NCBI RefSeq assembly: GCF_963921235.1
Contig: NC_086097.1
Location: 191,272,001-191,336,000 of the forward strand
Direction: 5' to 3'
Source: Mobula hypostoma
Lineage: Eukaryota
DNA: 64,000 nucleotides
Below, piece by piece: positions 1-12,574 of the stretch (position 1 is its first letter; each line of letters begins with the position of its first letter). Below the pieces are notes generated by a model. That model ran no database searches and was not told where the DNA came from. It worked only from the letters and a program-made list of their open reading frames with translations. The translations under genes and the position numbers were made by a program.

Positions 1-880
1 GATTTATTAGCACTCCTAACCCTATTCTCCTGCCTTCTCCCAGTAATCGTTGATGCCCTCTTTAATCAAGAACGTATCAATCTCCACCTTAAATATACCC
101 AGTGATCTGGTCTGCACAGCTGTCCGTGGCAACAAATTTCACAGATTTATCACACTTTAGTTAAAGAAAGTTTTCTCAACTCTGTTCTAAATAGATATCC
201 ATCTACTCTCAGGCAGTGCCCTCTGGTCCTAGACACCCTGACTCTAAGAAACATCATCTCCACATCCACTCTATTTGGCCTTTCCGTATTTGATACCTTG
301 CAAGGTGATCCCCCTTCATTTTTCTGAACTCCAGCAAGTACAGACCCAGCACAATCAAATGCTCCTCATATGCTAACCCTTTCATTTCTGGAATCATTCT
401 CATGAACCTTCTTGGACCCTTTCTACTGTGAGCACATCTTTTCTGAGACAAGGGGCTCAAAACTGCTCACAATACTCCCAAGTGCAGTCTGACCAATGCC
501 TTATAAAACTTAACATTACATCATTGCTTTTGTATTCTGGTTCTTTCGAAATGATTGATAACATTGTTTTTTCCTTCCTTAACACCAACTCAACCTGCAA
601 GTTAACCTTCAGAGAATCCTGCACGAGGTCTCCCAAGTACCTTTATAAATCTGATTTTTGAATTTTTAAGAGAAAATAGAGTCTGCCTTTATAACTTCTT
701 ACAAAAGTGCATGACCATGCACTTCCCTATATTGTATTCCATCGGCCTCTTCATCCATTCTCCCAGCCTAAGTCCTTCTGCAGACATCCTGCTTCCTCAA
801 CACTACCTGCCCCTCCACCTATCTTCATCCACAAGCTTGGCCACAACATCATCAATTCCTTCATTCTAATCATTGGTATA

Positions 881-1111
881 TGAAGCGCACCTTCAATAAC
901 TCCAAAAGACTGAAGTTGGGTTAAATAATAAAGGGCTTTTATTCGCTGTACAATACGACCTCCATGGTGAGTGTCTGCCCCCGGACTGAGGGTGAGGGGC
1001 AAGGCGAAATCACCTTTATTCATGAATCTGTGGAAGGAGCCACAGGGGCAGTCAGCAGAGGGGTGTGTCCAGACAGTTAACCCAGTTACAATATATATAT
1101 GGTTTACCACA
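881..1111 (-). mobile_element. Solo LTR (231 bp) inserted in CR1
   Basis: TG...CA ends, 5-bp TSD GTATA (876-880 and 1112-1116), AATAAA on the minus strand. Confidence 0.8.
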
Positions 1112-2832
1112 GTATATAATGTGAAAAGAAGTCCTAAAACCAACTCCTGCAGTACACCGCTAATCACTGGCAACCAATGAGAAAAGGCCACCTTTTGTCT
1201 GCTGCCAGTTAGCCTATCTTCTACTCATGGTTGTACCTTTCTTGTAATACTATGGACCCTAGTCTTGCTAGGCAGCCTCAAGTGTGGCACCTTATCAAAG
1301 GGCTTCTGAAGAACAAAGTAAACAACATCCACTGACTCTCCCTTGTCTACTCTGCCTGTTATTTCCTCAAAGAATTTAAACAGATTTGTCAGGCAACGTT
1401 TCCACTTAAGGAAACCATGCTGATTTTGTCCTACTTTATCAAGTGCTTCCAAGTAACCAAAACTTCATCCATAATAATAGACTCCAACATCTTTCCAACT
1501 ACTGGTCCAGCTAAAAAGGTTATAATTTCTTTCTTTTACCTTCCTCCCTTCTTAAAGAATAGAGAGACATTTGCAATTATCCAGTTCTCCGGAACCATTC
1601 CAGAATCTAGGTTCTTCAAATATATCTAGCCTATCAAGTCTGCTCCACCAGTCAATCATGCCTGATCCTTTTTTTTTCTCCTCCTCAACCCTAGTACCCA
1701 GCCTTCTCCCCATAACATTTGATGCCATGTCCAATCAAGAATCTACAATCTCTGCCTTAAATACACCGAATGACCTGGCCTCCACAGCTGCATGTGGCAA
1801 CAAATTCCACAAATTCACCACCCATTGGCTAAAGAAATTTCTCTGCATCTCTGTTTTGAAAGGGTGCCCCTCTATCCTGAGGCCGTGCCCTCTTGTCCTA
1901 GACTCTCCCACAATGGGAAACATCCATTCCACATCTGCTCTGTCTAGGCCTTTCAACATTCAAAAGATTTCAATGAGATCCTCCCTCATCCTTCTGAATT
2001 CCAGCGAGTACCGACCCAGAGCCATCAAACATTCCTAGTATGATAACCCCTTCATTCCTAGAGTCATCCTTGTGAACCTCCTCTGGACCCTCTCCAATGC
2101 TAGCACATCTTTTCTAATATGAGGGGCACAAAACTGTTCACAATACTCAAGATGAGGCCTCACCAGTGCCTTATAAAGTCTCAGCATCACATCCTTGCTC
2201 TTGTATTCTAGACTTCTTAAAATGAATGGCATTTGCCTTCCTCACCACCAACCCAACCTGCAAGTTAATCTTTAAGGTGTTCTGCACAAGGACTCCCAAG
2301 TCCCTTTGGATCTCAGATTTTTGGATTTTCTCCCCAATTTAGAAAATAGTCCGCACATTTATTTCTAATATCAAAGTGCATGACCATGTCTTCAGCTATC
2401 TCTTTCAGAACCCTGGCGTGAAGATCATCTGGTCAAAATGACTTATCCACATTCAGACTTTTCAGTTTCCCAAGCACTTTCTCCTTAGTAATAGCAATGA
2501 TACTCACTTCTGACCACTGACAATCTCACATTTCTGGCATTCTGCTAGTGACTTCTACATTGAAGACTGACACAAAATACTTAAGTTTGTCTGCCATTTC
2601 TTTGTCCCCAGTTACCACCCCTCCAACATCATTTTTCAGTGGTATGATATCTACTCCTTTTTCTCTTTTTCCTCTTTTTCCCTTTACATTATTGGCAAGT
2701 TTACCTTCATATTTTATCTTTTCTCTCTTTTTGTCATTCTTAGTTGCCTCCTGTTTGCTTTCAAAAATGTTCCTATTCTCTCCCTTTCCACTAATGCTTG
2801 CTCTATTATATGCCCTCTCTTTGGCTTTTATG

Positions 2833-3140
2833 TGGGCATGTGGCTAAGTGGTTAAGGCATTGAACTAGCAACCTGAAGGTCGTGAGTTCGAGCCCAGCCA
2901 AGGGAACGTGTTGTGTCCTTGAGCAAGGCACTTAATCACACATTGCTCTGCGATGACACCGGTGCTAAGCTGTATGGGTCCTAATGTCCTTCCCTTGGAC
3001 AACATTGGTGTCGTGGAGAGGGGAGACTTGCAGCATGGGAAGCTGCTGGTCTTCCATACAGCCTTGCCCAGGCCTGCACCTTGGAGAGTGAAGACTTTCC
3101 AGGTGCAGATCCATGGTCTTGCAAGACTAACGGATGCCTT
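2833..3140 (+). mobile_element. tRNA-derived SINE with a CORE-like central domain
   Basis: A box tggctaagtgg, B box gagttcgagccc, central tgtgtccttgagcaaggcacttaa. 14-bp TSD ctttggcttttatg (2819-2832 and 3141-3154). Confidence 0.85.
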
Positions 3141-4319
3141 CTTTGGCTTTTATGCTGTCTTTGTCTTCCCGCGTTGCCTCATCGTCTCTTGAGAATGCTT
3201 CTTCATCTTTGGGATGTATCTTTCCTGTGCCTTCCGAATTACTCCATGGAACTCCAGCCATTGCTGTTCTGCAATCATCCCTACTAGTGTCCCTTCCAAT
3301 CAGCATTTGCCAGCTCCCCTCCCATGCCTCTATAATTTCCTGACACACCAAATATTAGCTTTTCCTTCTCAAACTGCAGCATGATCACTGCCTCCTAAGG
3401 TTGCCTTTACCTTAAGCTTCCAAATCAAATCTAGGTCACACAACATCCAGAATTGCCCTTCCCCTAGTGGGCTCAACTACAGCTGCTCTAAAAAGCCATC
3501 TAGTAGGCATTCTACAAATTCTCTCTCTTGGGATCCAGCACCAACCTGATTTTCCCAATCTACCTGCATATTGAAATACCTTTTTGCTATCCATTATACT
3601 TGCTTTTACTGTCACCCTTTGTAATTTGTAGCTCACATCCTGGCTTTTGTTTGTATGCCTATATGTAACTCATATCAGGGTCTTTCACCCTTGCTGTTCT
3701 TTAACTCTACCAACAAGGATTCTGCATCTTCTGATCCTATATCACCTCTTTCTAAGGATTTGATTTCATTTTTGACTGAAAGGATCTTAGTTTTATATAC
3801 TGACAGAATCTCTTGGAATTTTGTTTCAACTTGCCTACCAGATCCTTCTCAAATCCTTTTTTTGCCTTCCTATGGTTCTTGTAATCACCAAGAAATTCAC
3901 TAATACTTAATTGCTTATGCCTGTGTAGTCCTGCTCTTTACTCTAACAAGCACACACAGATCCTAAGCTCTTGACATTACACTTTCAAAGTCTTTCCAGT
4001 TGGTAGATGTTAATTTCCCTGCAAAGAATCTTGTCCCATCATATAAGTTTTGACTAATGGTTCCAAAATCTTCTTTGCTGTCTGTTGGGTGGTGGTGGGG
4101 ATTTATGGCTGTCATGCATCTGAGTTACGCTTTTGTACTGCTGGACATTGCTTGTACTGGCTGGTTACTTGATTTTATTTACTGTTTATTTGTTTTATTG
4201 GTTGATTTATAGCATTGAGTTGAAGAGTTGCAAACTCATTTACGCTGTATTGGTGCATGACAAATTGCACTATGCAATGACAATAAAGATAAAAGATAAG
4301 AGATAAGAAGACATAAGAG

Positions 4320-4510
4320 TGAGTTGCAATACAATCTCATCAGAGTGACTATCCTCTTCCTCTTTCTAAGTTCTATGAATATGACCTCAATGGTTGATCC
4401 CCCAAGAATATCATCTCCAAGGACTGTTGTTTTGCCCATCTTTCATCAAGAAAGCAACTGCCCCTTCTTTCTTATCTCCCTCTCTGTCACAGATGCAGGA
4501 GTTGTATCCT
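4320..4510 (-). mobile_element. CR1 endonuclease fragment
   Basis: DDILGGSTIEVIFIELRKRKRIVTLMRLY resembles the CR1 APE domain. Confidence 0.6.
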
Positions 4511-5169
4511 AAACATACATTGATTAACATTTACAATGTTAAAGGCTGTTACTTAATTAGTTAATAATAATCAATGCATTAATGTGACACGTTCAACAGG
4601 ACATAGGATACTATCTACTACTCAATAAAGTTATTTCGGATCTATGACCTAATTCCATACATTTCTCTCCATATTCCTTTACTCAACAAATATTACTGAT
4701 ATTAGGTTTAAAATGATTAATTTCCCCTGTACAAATTTTCATTTGTGGAGAAGTTCCAGATTTCTAGATCTCTTTGCACCTGGATTTCTGGCATCAGTCA
4801 TGAAAAGTTAAGCTCTGATAGGTAGCTTATGCCCTTCCAGAGCAAAACTCTTTAACCAGCAGATAAAATTTCTATCTATCCCTTCTGTACCCAATGATAT
4901 TTTCAAGTTTAAATTCAGGTTTAATTGACATCAAGATTGTTTTGTTTTTGCACCGGCAATTTCAGTCAGATTTTTCCTTGATCATTGGATATTTCATGCT
5001 TGATAAAAATATTAATGAAACCTTCAATTTTTATTGTTTCAAACCCTGTGTTTGCACATTAACCACAAAAAATTGGCATTCATCTATTAGCCACATATAT
5101 AGCAATAATTAATTATAGCAAAAGGCAACATGTAAATATGCTTGCTGTCAGGATCAATAACAAACTTAC

Positions 5170-5257
5170 AGATTCATACAGTAAATATTCAGTATACATG
5201 GATACAAATGAACGAGACAGAATTCCTCTGGGGTCAAGGTGCAAAAACAGACACTTC
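5170..5257 (-). pseudogene. Exon (88 nt), fully open
   Basis: ttttttccctttctcgttactttgatag|G KCLFLHLDPRGILSRSFVSMYTEYLLYES|gtaagt. Confidence 0.7.
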
Positions 5258-5572
5258 CTATCAAAGTAACGAGAAAGGGAAAAAAACCTAGTCACATAAG
5301 GAAACACAGTCTTAGTCCAAGATGCTGACTGATCAGCCCAGCAAATTAGTGGTTCATTGATGTTGATGGCCGCCGTTTATTTGTAACATCTCTTAAAGTT
5401 ATTTTTCTAACCGAGAAAATAACGGGGATTCCTTTTGTTTATTTTGGGCACTACGCTGCATAACTGGAGCAGGAGATTGTTGCCGAACAGTCTCTAACTA
5501 AAGTCAGTTGCATGCACATGTGTGGCTGTTAGGCACTGAAGTGTGCTTGGAGTTTTATATAAAATCAGTTGC

Positions 5573-7056
5573 TGTCACAATGGCGGGGGCATAGGGAGCA
5601 AGGGTGGACCCAAATGCAAGACACATCTTGTGAGGTTAATCAAATTTAGTTTATTGTTCGATATCAGGAGAGCTAGGCAGGAGCAGGAGTGGCAAACTGG
5701 ACAAGGACTGAGGACTACGACTAGGCTGGGACCAAGGGTCTGGGCTAGGGCTCGGAATCAGCTCCCAGAACTAGAGGAGACATGAAGAGGCTAGGGTATG
5801 GACTCCGAGCCCAAGACTGGGCAAGGACCCAGTACCTGGGTCTTGCCTCGGGCTCGGACCCCAGAACCAGGCATGGACATGACATGGGCTAGGGAGAGGA
5901 GGAACATGGGAACACAGAGCCTCGGTCTCGAGAGAGCAGGTAAATGGAACCATGGACACACACACAGAACACAGAGTTGGAACCCCTCCTTGGGTACAGG
6001 ACATAGGGCCGGGACTCACACACAGAACAGAGAGCCGGGACCCCTCCTTGGGTACAGGACATAGGGCCGGGACTCATGACCCTCCGCGGGGCAATGGCAA
6101 GACGGCCTGACTTACCCCATGGAGGCGAGGACAAGACAAGACAGAACATGACCCCCCGCGGGGCAACGGCAAGACGGCCTGACTTACCCCCACGGAGGAG
6201 AGGACCAGACAAGACAAAACATGACCCCCACCCCCCGCAGAGCAACAGCATGATGGCCTGACTTACCCCACGGAGGCGAGGACAAGACAAGACAAGACCA
6301 ACATGAATGAACACCAGACAGTACCTATCTAGCTCTGGCGATGGAACTAGACCGACGTGCAGGCGGGGCTGCAGACGAGGGCTAGAGGCAAGAGGGGTAG
6401 AGAAGGGATTCAGACAAGGGGGTAGGACAGGAATCACAGACTGCCAGGGCCAGGACTTGACTCAGAACTGGGAAGCTGCCAGGGCCAGGACTTGGCTTGG
6501 TGCTAGAATGTCGCCAGGGCCAGGACTTGACTTGGTGCTAGAATGCCACGAGGGACAGGACTTGACTTGGTGCCTGAATGCCGCCAGGGCCAGGACTTGG
6601 CTTGGTGCTTGAATGCCGCCGGAGCCAGGACTTGACTTGGAGCCTCCGGGTAGTGGCAAGCTCTCGACTCGACCCGGGAACAGTAGACAGCAGTTCTTGA
6701 TTCCCTCCGGCGGGTTAAATGACAGACCCACCTCGGTGAGGAAACTTTGCCGGCTCGCTTTGACGAGGTAACTGGACAGGATTTCTCCGGTGAGGAAGGG
6801 CGAATTACCAGCACACACTTCGGCAGAGACTAGGCTTGCTCTGGCCAGATGACATTGGCATGCCGTGACTTTGCAGACTTTGCAGACGCTCCCGCCCCGA
6901 ATGGCTGAAAGCCGAAGACTATAAACTACTGGTTCAGCCTAACGTTAATTACCTCTAATCACCAAAGTCGAGGGACATGGGAAAACAGGGAATCAACGGT
7001 CCGGATCGTAACATAAACAAGGTAAATTTAAAGGGACCCCGATCCAGACCATAATA
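5573..7056 (-). mobile_element. Long solo LTR (Gypsy-like) with internal minisatellites, inserted in an older repeat
   Basis: Perfect 5-bp TSD GTTGC (5568-72 and 7057-61). Ends are homologous to 39969-40976. Internal ~57-, ~72- and ~37-bp tandem repeats. Confidence 0.8.
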
Positions 7057-7557
7057 GTTGCATGGGTTTGTGTTCAAAAGGCAGTGATTTTTGTCACTGA
7101 TAGTTGACAAGAAATAAGCAGTAAGGTAATTCAGAACTGTTTTGCTCACTGCAGTTTTAAGCATTCAGTCTTAGAGAGGTTGTGAGTGAAAATGAAACAA
7201 TTTCACTACTTCATCAAGTTAAAACCTATGAAGAAACTGAAGGTATGGACAATCATATTAAATTTTTCAATGAAAATGAAGATTTGAAAGTTGCAATAAT
7301 CAAAAGCATTACATAAAGGCATTCCATTATCTGCACTAGGTGTCTGCACTGATTTTGTTCTTTATCAAAAGTCTGAAGAACACAGCAACATTCAGTGGAT
7401 GAATTCCTCTGTCAGTAACGATTATGAACCAATATACAGTTTTATAGTTCTGCAGTAGGATTGATAATATTCCAATTATTCTGTATTTCTTTTAAATATA
7501 TAATTTATTACTCAGGTAAATGGTAGTTTGTCTTTGTTATACCTTATTAACTATATA

Positions 7558-9600
7558 TACACACTCAGTGTCCACTCTGAGATATACCTGTACAAATGCT
7601 CATTAATGTAAATATCCAATCAGCCAATCACATGGCAGTAACTCATTGTATAAAAGCATGTAGACATGATCAACAGGTTCAGTTGATGTTCAGACCGAAC
7701 ATCAGAATGTGATCTAAGTGACTTTGATCATGGAATGATTGTTGGTGTCAGAAGGGGTCTCTCAGAAACTGCTGATCTCCTAGGATACAACAATCTCTAG
7801 AGTTTACAGATACTGGTGCAAAAAGACAGAACAAAACACATCCAGTGAGCAGCAGTTCTGTGGGAGAAAATGCCTTGTTAATGAAAGAGGTCAGAGGAGG
7901 ACAGCCAGACTGGTTGTTGAAGAGATAACAGATGCACTGGGCATGATCTTTTAAGAATTACTTGATTCTAGCATAGTCCCAGAAGACTGAAAAAATTCAG
8001 ATGTCACTCCACTCTTTCAGAAGGAATGAAAGCAAAAGAAAGGAAATTAAAGGCCAGTTAGCCTAACCTCAGTGGTTGGGAAAGTGTTGGAGTCTATTAT
8101 TAAAGATGAGGTTTTAGGATACTTGGAGGTTAATGATAAAATAAGTCGAAGCCAACATGGTTTCTGTAAAGCAAAATCTTGCCTGACAAATCTGTTGGAG
8201 TTCTTTGAGGAAGTAACAAGCAGGGTGGACAAAGGAGAGGCCGTGGATATCACTTACTTGGATTTTCAGAAGGCATTTGATAAAGTGCCACGCATGAGGC
8301 TGCTTAACAAGATAAAATCCTGTGACATTACAGGAAGGATACTGGCATGGATAGCGGAATGGCTGACAGGCAGGAGGCAGTGAGTGGGAATAAAGGGGGC
8401 CTTTTCTGGTTGGCTGCCAATGACTAGTGGTGTCCTCAGGGGTCAGTATTGGGACCACTGCTTTTCACATTTTTTGTCAATGATTTAGATAATGGAATTG
8501 ATGGTATTGTGGCAAAATTTGTGAATGATATGAAGATAGGTGGAGGAGTAGGTGGAGTTGAGGAAACAATGTGATTGCAGTGGGACATAGACAAATTGGA
8601 AGAATGGGCAAAAAAGTGGCAGATGGAATTCAGTGTTAGGAAATGCATGATAATGCATTTTAATAAAAGGAACAATAGTGCAGATCATTATCTAAATGGG
8701 GAGAAAATTCAAACATCAGAGGTGCAAAGGGACTTGGGAGTCCTCATGCAAGACTCCCAGAGGGTTAATTCACAGGTTGAGTCTATGGTAAAGAAGGCAA
8801 ATGCAAAGTCGCTATTTATTTCAAGGGGAACAGAATATAAAAGCAAGGAGGTAATGCAGAGGCTTTATAAGACACTAGCCAGGCTGCACTTGGAGTATTG
8901 TCAACTGTTTTGGGCCCCATATCTCAGAAGGGATGGGGTGTCATTGGAGAGAGTCCAGAAGAGGTTCACGAGGATGATTCCAGGAATGAAGGGATTAACA
9001 TATGTGGAGCACTTATCAGCTTTAAGCTTATACTCTTTGGAATTTAGAAGAATGCAGGGGTATCTCATTGAAAACTACCAAATGTTGAAAGGACTAGAGA
9101 GGGTGAATATGGAGATGATGTTTCCTGTGGTGGGGGTATCCAGAACTAGAGGGCACAGCCTCAGAACTGAGGGGCGACCTTTCAGAAGAGAGGTAAGGAG
9201 GATTTTATTTTTAGCCTGAGAGTAGTGAATCTGTGAAATGCTCTGCCACAGACTGCAGTGGAGGCCAAGTCTGTGGATATATTTAAAGCAGAAATTAACA
9301 GTCTCCTGATTGGTCAGGGTATCAAAAGATATGGTGTGAAAGCGAATGTTTGGGGTTGAATGGGATCTGGAATCAGCCATGATGGAATGGTGGAGCAAAC
9401 TTGATGTGCTGAGTGGCTTAAGTCCACTCCTATGTCTTATGGTCTTATAGTCTAAGCTAATAGGAAGGCGATCATATCTCAAATAACCACATATTATAAT
9501 AGTGGTGTGCAGAAGAGCATATCATGAATGCACAACATGTTAAACTTTGAAGTGGATGGGTTACAGCAGAACAAGAGCACAAAGAAAGCTGCAACTGCTG
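7558..9600 (+). mobile_element. Non-autonomous Tc1-like element split by CR1; same family at ~59172-59510 in the opposite orientation
   Basis: Starts tacacactcagtgtccact... and resumes at ~9450 (aggaaggcga...ggtgtgcagaagagcat). Reverse-complement similarity to 59172-59510. Confidence 0.55.
7920..9450 (+). mobile_element. CR1 LINE, 5'-truncated RT
   Basis: ORFs 8072..8383 and 8575..9219 (SQHGFCKAKSCLTNLLEFFEEVT, YLDFQKAFDKVP, LHLEYCQLFWAP). Tail tcttatggtcttat. Confidence 0.92.
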
Positions 9601-9689
9601 GAGGACTGATCATTTAGATATGGTTCATTGAGCCTTGAACTGCATGAGCTTAGCTCTCTCATGGGAATGTAAATCGTAGAGTTACATAC

Positions 9690-9748
9690 CTCATGAGTGC
9701 ATGCAGTTCCATTAAGTTAGTCATGTGCTAAGCTCTCATCCCAGGCAG
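9690..9748 (-). pseudogene. Small exon (59 nt)
   Basis: Ends TNLMELHALM AG|gtatgt, phase 2, joining G AAG TGT of the next exon. Acceptor weak. Confidence 0.45.
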
Positions 9749-9861
9749 CTATCATTATATTACCATGCAAGTGCATTGAAAAGTAGGTTTGAATATATTA
9801 ATAGTGTGAACAGAAGTATATGTACATATGAAGGTTGGATGTTACAATTTGTTGTTGTTAC

Positions 9862-10442
9862 CTGTGTTAAGTTCTAAGCATACTTTTACAATAACTGAAA
9901 GGTGAAGTTCTTCTTAGTGGCTCACAACAGCATGGATTGATGACAGGTGAAGTATTATATATGGCAATTTTTGACTTTTTCTGACCCTAATTTTACATGT
10001 GAGGGAAAATGGCAATGGCATGGATATGATTGCTGTCTTCTATCTGGTTATTTCCTCATACAGCCTTTTTGTGCTCATTTCATAAGAGCATCCATTCCAT
10101 TGCTAGATTTCCCACAGGAAGAGTTTGATTACTTCAACTATGAACTGTAACATTTTAAGATTTTTTATTAATAGGCCCTGTATTCATTTGTTCAAATGGG
10201 CAGACCTGCCTTGTCCATTGCAAATCATTAACAAGATTTCCTAATATTCATGTCCAACAAAAATCAACCCCGTTCAATCACGTCTAACAAATGCTAATAT
10301 CAAAGACCTTATTTGAATGACATTTCTGCAGAATGTCAATAAGACCATAATTCCTGAGCCCATTGTCCCATTGAGGCACTTTCTGTATGGTAATAACCAA
10401 GCAGAAGACAGAGTGAAAACACTTTCTTGAGATTGTGATGAC
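9862..10442 (-). pseudogene. Decayed exon (~580 nt)
   Basis: tttaatag|GT HHNLKKVFSLCLLLGYYHTESASMGQWAQELWSY*...; later IQGLLIKNLKMLQFIVEVIKLFLWEI*...KRLYEEITR*. Donor CAG|gtaaca. Confidence 0.6.
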
Positions 10443-10754
10443 CTATTAAATGACATGGAAGTGTAAGTCGCCTTATCACATGCAAATCTTTTCCTGATTC
10501 TGATCCCAATCCCCATTGTAATTAAATTAAACTTATGTACAATCTTATATACATGCCTAAACAGATTTTGACTGTAAAAGGAAAAGAAGCATAACTTGAA
10601 TTACAAAACAGGTAAGGATAAGAATATTAAAATCCTCTGAGGAGCTAAGGACTAGCGAAATGAGTGGATGAGAACATGTTGGGTTAGGAAAAATGTTAAG
10701 TTATTTACACTCATTCAAAAAACAAAACAAAAATAACATGTTTTTAAATGTTAC

Positions 10755-11215
10755 ATTCCTTTTGTCCCATCTGTTCCTTTTTATCTAACTCTGCAGCAAA
10801 AGTTAATTTGTTTTCTCTCCTTGAAAGAAAGCTTAACATAACCTTGATAACAGAGGATTGGTTGCAAATTTTGAAGCTGGTTCACTCTTCTTCGATTTGT
10901 GCCAGTCATTCTCTAATTCAATTTAAAATTGTACATTGTTATTATTTGACAAAGGAGAGATTGTCTAAAATATTTCCTAATGTAAATAGTCAGTGTGATA
11001 GATGCAAAACTGAGACAGCTACATTGACGCATATGTTTTGGTCGTGTTCTGTATAGAAACAATTTTGGAAATCTATTTTTTCTACAATTTCTAAAGCTTT
11101 AAAAATCAATTTACAACCTAATATATTGACAGTTTTGTTTGGTATAATTCCTCAGTATATTCACGGTATTTCCATATCAGACCAATACATAACTGCATTT
11201 GTCACATTATTGGTT
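10755..11215 (+). mobile_element. L1-clade LINE ORF2 C-terminal fragment
   Basis: LIQFKIVH..YLTKERLSKIFPNVNSQCDRCKTETATLTHMFWSC is the CCHC zinc-knuckle region of fish-type L1. Confidence 0.8.
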
Positions 11216-11377
11216 TTCTCTCTTTGACAGTTTTGAAGAAGGATCTTCAACCTGAAAGATTCACTTCACTTTTCTTTCCACAGATGCTACCAGACTTGTT
11301 TTTCTAGCATTCTGCTTTTATGTAAGGCAAGTGGCTGGCTCTTTTAATAAGTGGATTTGAGTACAAACTTTACTTAC

Positions 11378-11444
11378 CATTGTTCTGGCTACTCATCAAC
11401 CTCTTTACAATTCTCAGCTTTCATTTTCCCAGTTCTAAATAATT
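11378..11444 (-). pseudogene. Small exon (67 nt)
   Basis: taaactag|NYLELGK*KLRIVKRLMSSQNN G|gtaagt. Phase 0 in and phase 1 out match the neighbours. Confidence 0.65.
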
Positions 11445-11589
11445 CTAGTTTACAAAAAATATTTGAATAAATTTATCTCTATTTCCAAAATCAAGATTAT
11501 TTAATGAATAGACATATTCCTAGTGAATAATTAAAGTGAAATGACAAAGGTCATATGGAATAATGTCTTGGTTGATTTATGATCAGTAA

Positions 11590-12570
11590 TGTCAGGCCAG
11601 CATAGATAAGCACCTCCCAGTCTCCACACAGCTAATAGAAGCCATCTGCCATTCATTTCCAACTCATCACCTGCAGCCTATTTAAACCCAGCTCTCAGCC
11701 AAGACCCTTGTTCACCCATCAGACCAGCCAGCCTCAATCAGTTGCTCCCCGCCTGCAGTCACCTTGTTGTCTATGGTGCCTGTTTTCTCTTGATTCATGG
11801 CTGCTTGTGGTTTATTATTTTTATAATTTATTATTAAAGTTATCACTCATCACTTAATCTCCTCCTCCACTCTGCCTTTCGGTCTACCTTTCCTGACAGG
11901 ATGGTGAATCAGCAATTGACCAAGCAGAGTTTGCTTGCCTAAAGCAGGGCAGAAATTATTGACCATCTGTTCGACACTCTCCACAAATTCCTCATCTCAA
12001 TACAGCAACCCTGTGCCAGTCATCCTCCTCCTTCAGAGCCCAGTGTCTGTACAATCCCCAAGTCGATGCTGCAACTTCCTGTTCCAGTGTATCTTGCACT
12101 TAAATTTCCAGCCATCCCTGTATTTTACAAACCAAGTCAAGATTGCTTTCGTCATCACTCTGTTGACTGAGTGAGCTCTGACCTGGACCACGGCTAACTG
12201 GAACAATAGGACCCCCATTTGAGACAGGTATGAGGATTTCACTGCTAAGATGTGCGGGTTTTTGACCATCCAGGAAATGGATCAGATATGTTGCCTGCAT
12301 CAAGTCTCATGCTTCGTGCTGAATTCAGGACCTTCACAGAGGAGTGCACCTCATTACCATCACGGCCTCTCAGAGTGCTTGAAAGATGTGCTGTCTACCC
12401 AGGAGATGCCCACTGACCCGAAAGCCTCATCACTCATTTCCAGATCCATTTCAGGCTGCAGGCTGCTTCATGGAGAGCGAAAGGCATGACAAGACACAAA
12501 AGACGTCAAGGAGGTCCACTGCAACCAAGGAAGACTCCAGTTGTGATGACAACTCATACCACTGGACCTA
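11590..12570 (+). mobile_element. Truncated Gypsy (sushi-like) LTR retrotransposon: 5' LTR 11590-11898 plus decayed gag
   Basis: tgtca...tgaca LTR with TATTTAAA and ATTAAA. Downstream CCNFLFQCILHLNFQPSLYFTNQVKIAFVITLLTE*ALTW resembles sushi/PEG10-type gag. Confidence 0.75.
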
Positions 12571-12574
12571 GAAT

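Larger units (their letters stand above)
1..3780 (-). mobile_element. Cluster of nested, degenerate CR1 LINE fragments (ORF2 RT and 3' ends)
   Basis: ORFs carry CR1 RT motifs (NQHGFLK..CLTNLFKFFEEIT..VDKGESVDVVY..QKPFDKVPH; RPHLEYCEQFCAP; ESRTRGHGLRI). A second CR1 3' part is inserted at ~1625-2390. Confidence 0.9.

Noticed and set aside
2833..2905. tRNA gene
   Set aside because: It is the head of a TSD-flanked SINE and continues into the SINE body.
5960..6640. CRISPR-like repeat arrays
   Set aside because: Contiguous tandem units without unique spacers, inside an LTR, in eukaryotic DNA, with no cas genes.
5543..6818. Overlapping ORFs in GC-rich LTRs (also 40148-40618 and 53931-54419)
   Set aside because: Products of low-complexity tandem repeats, with no recognisable domains.
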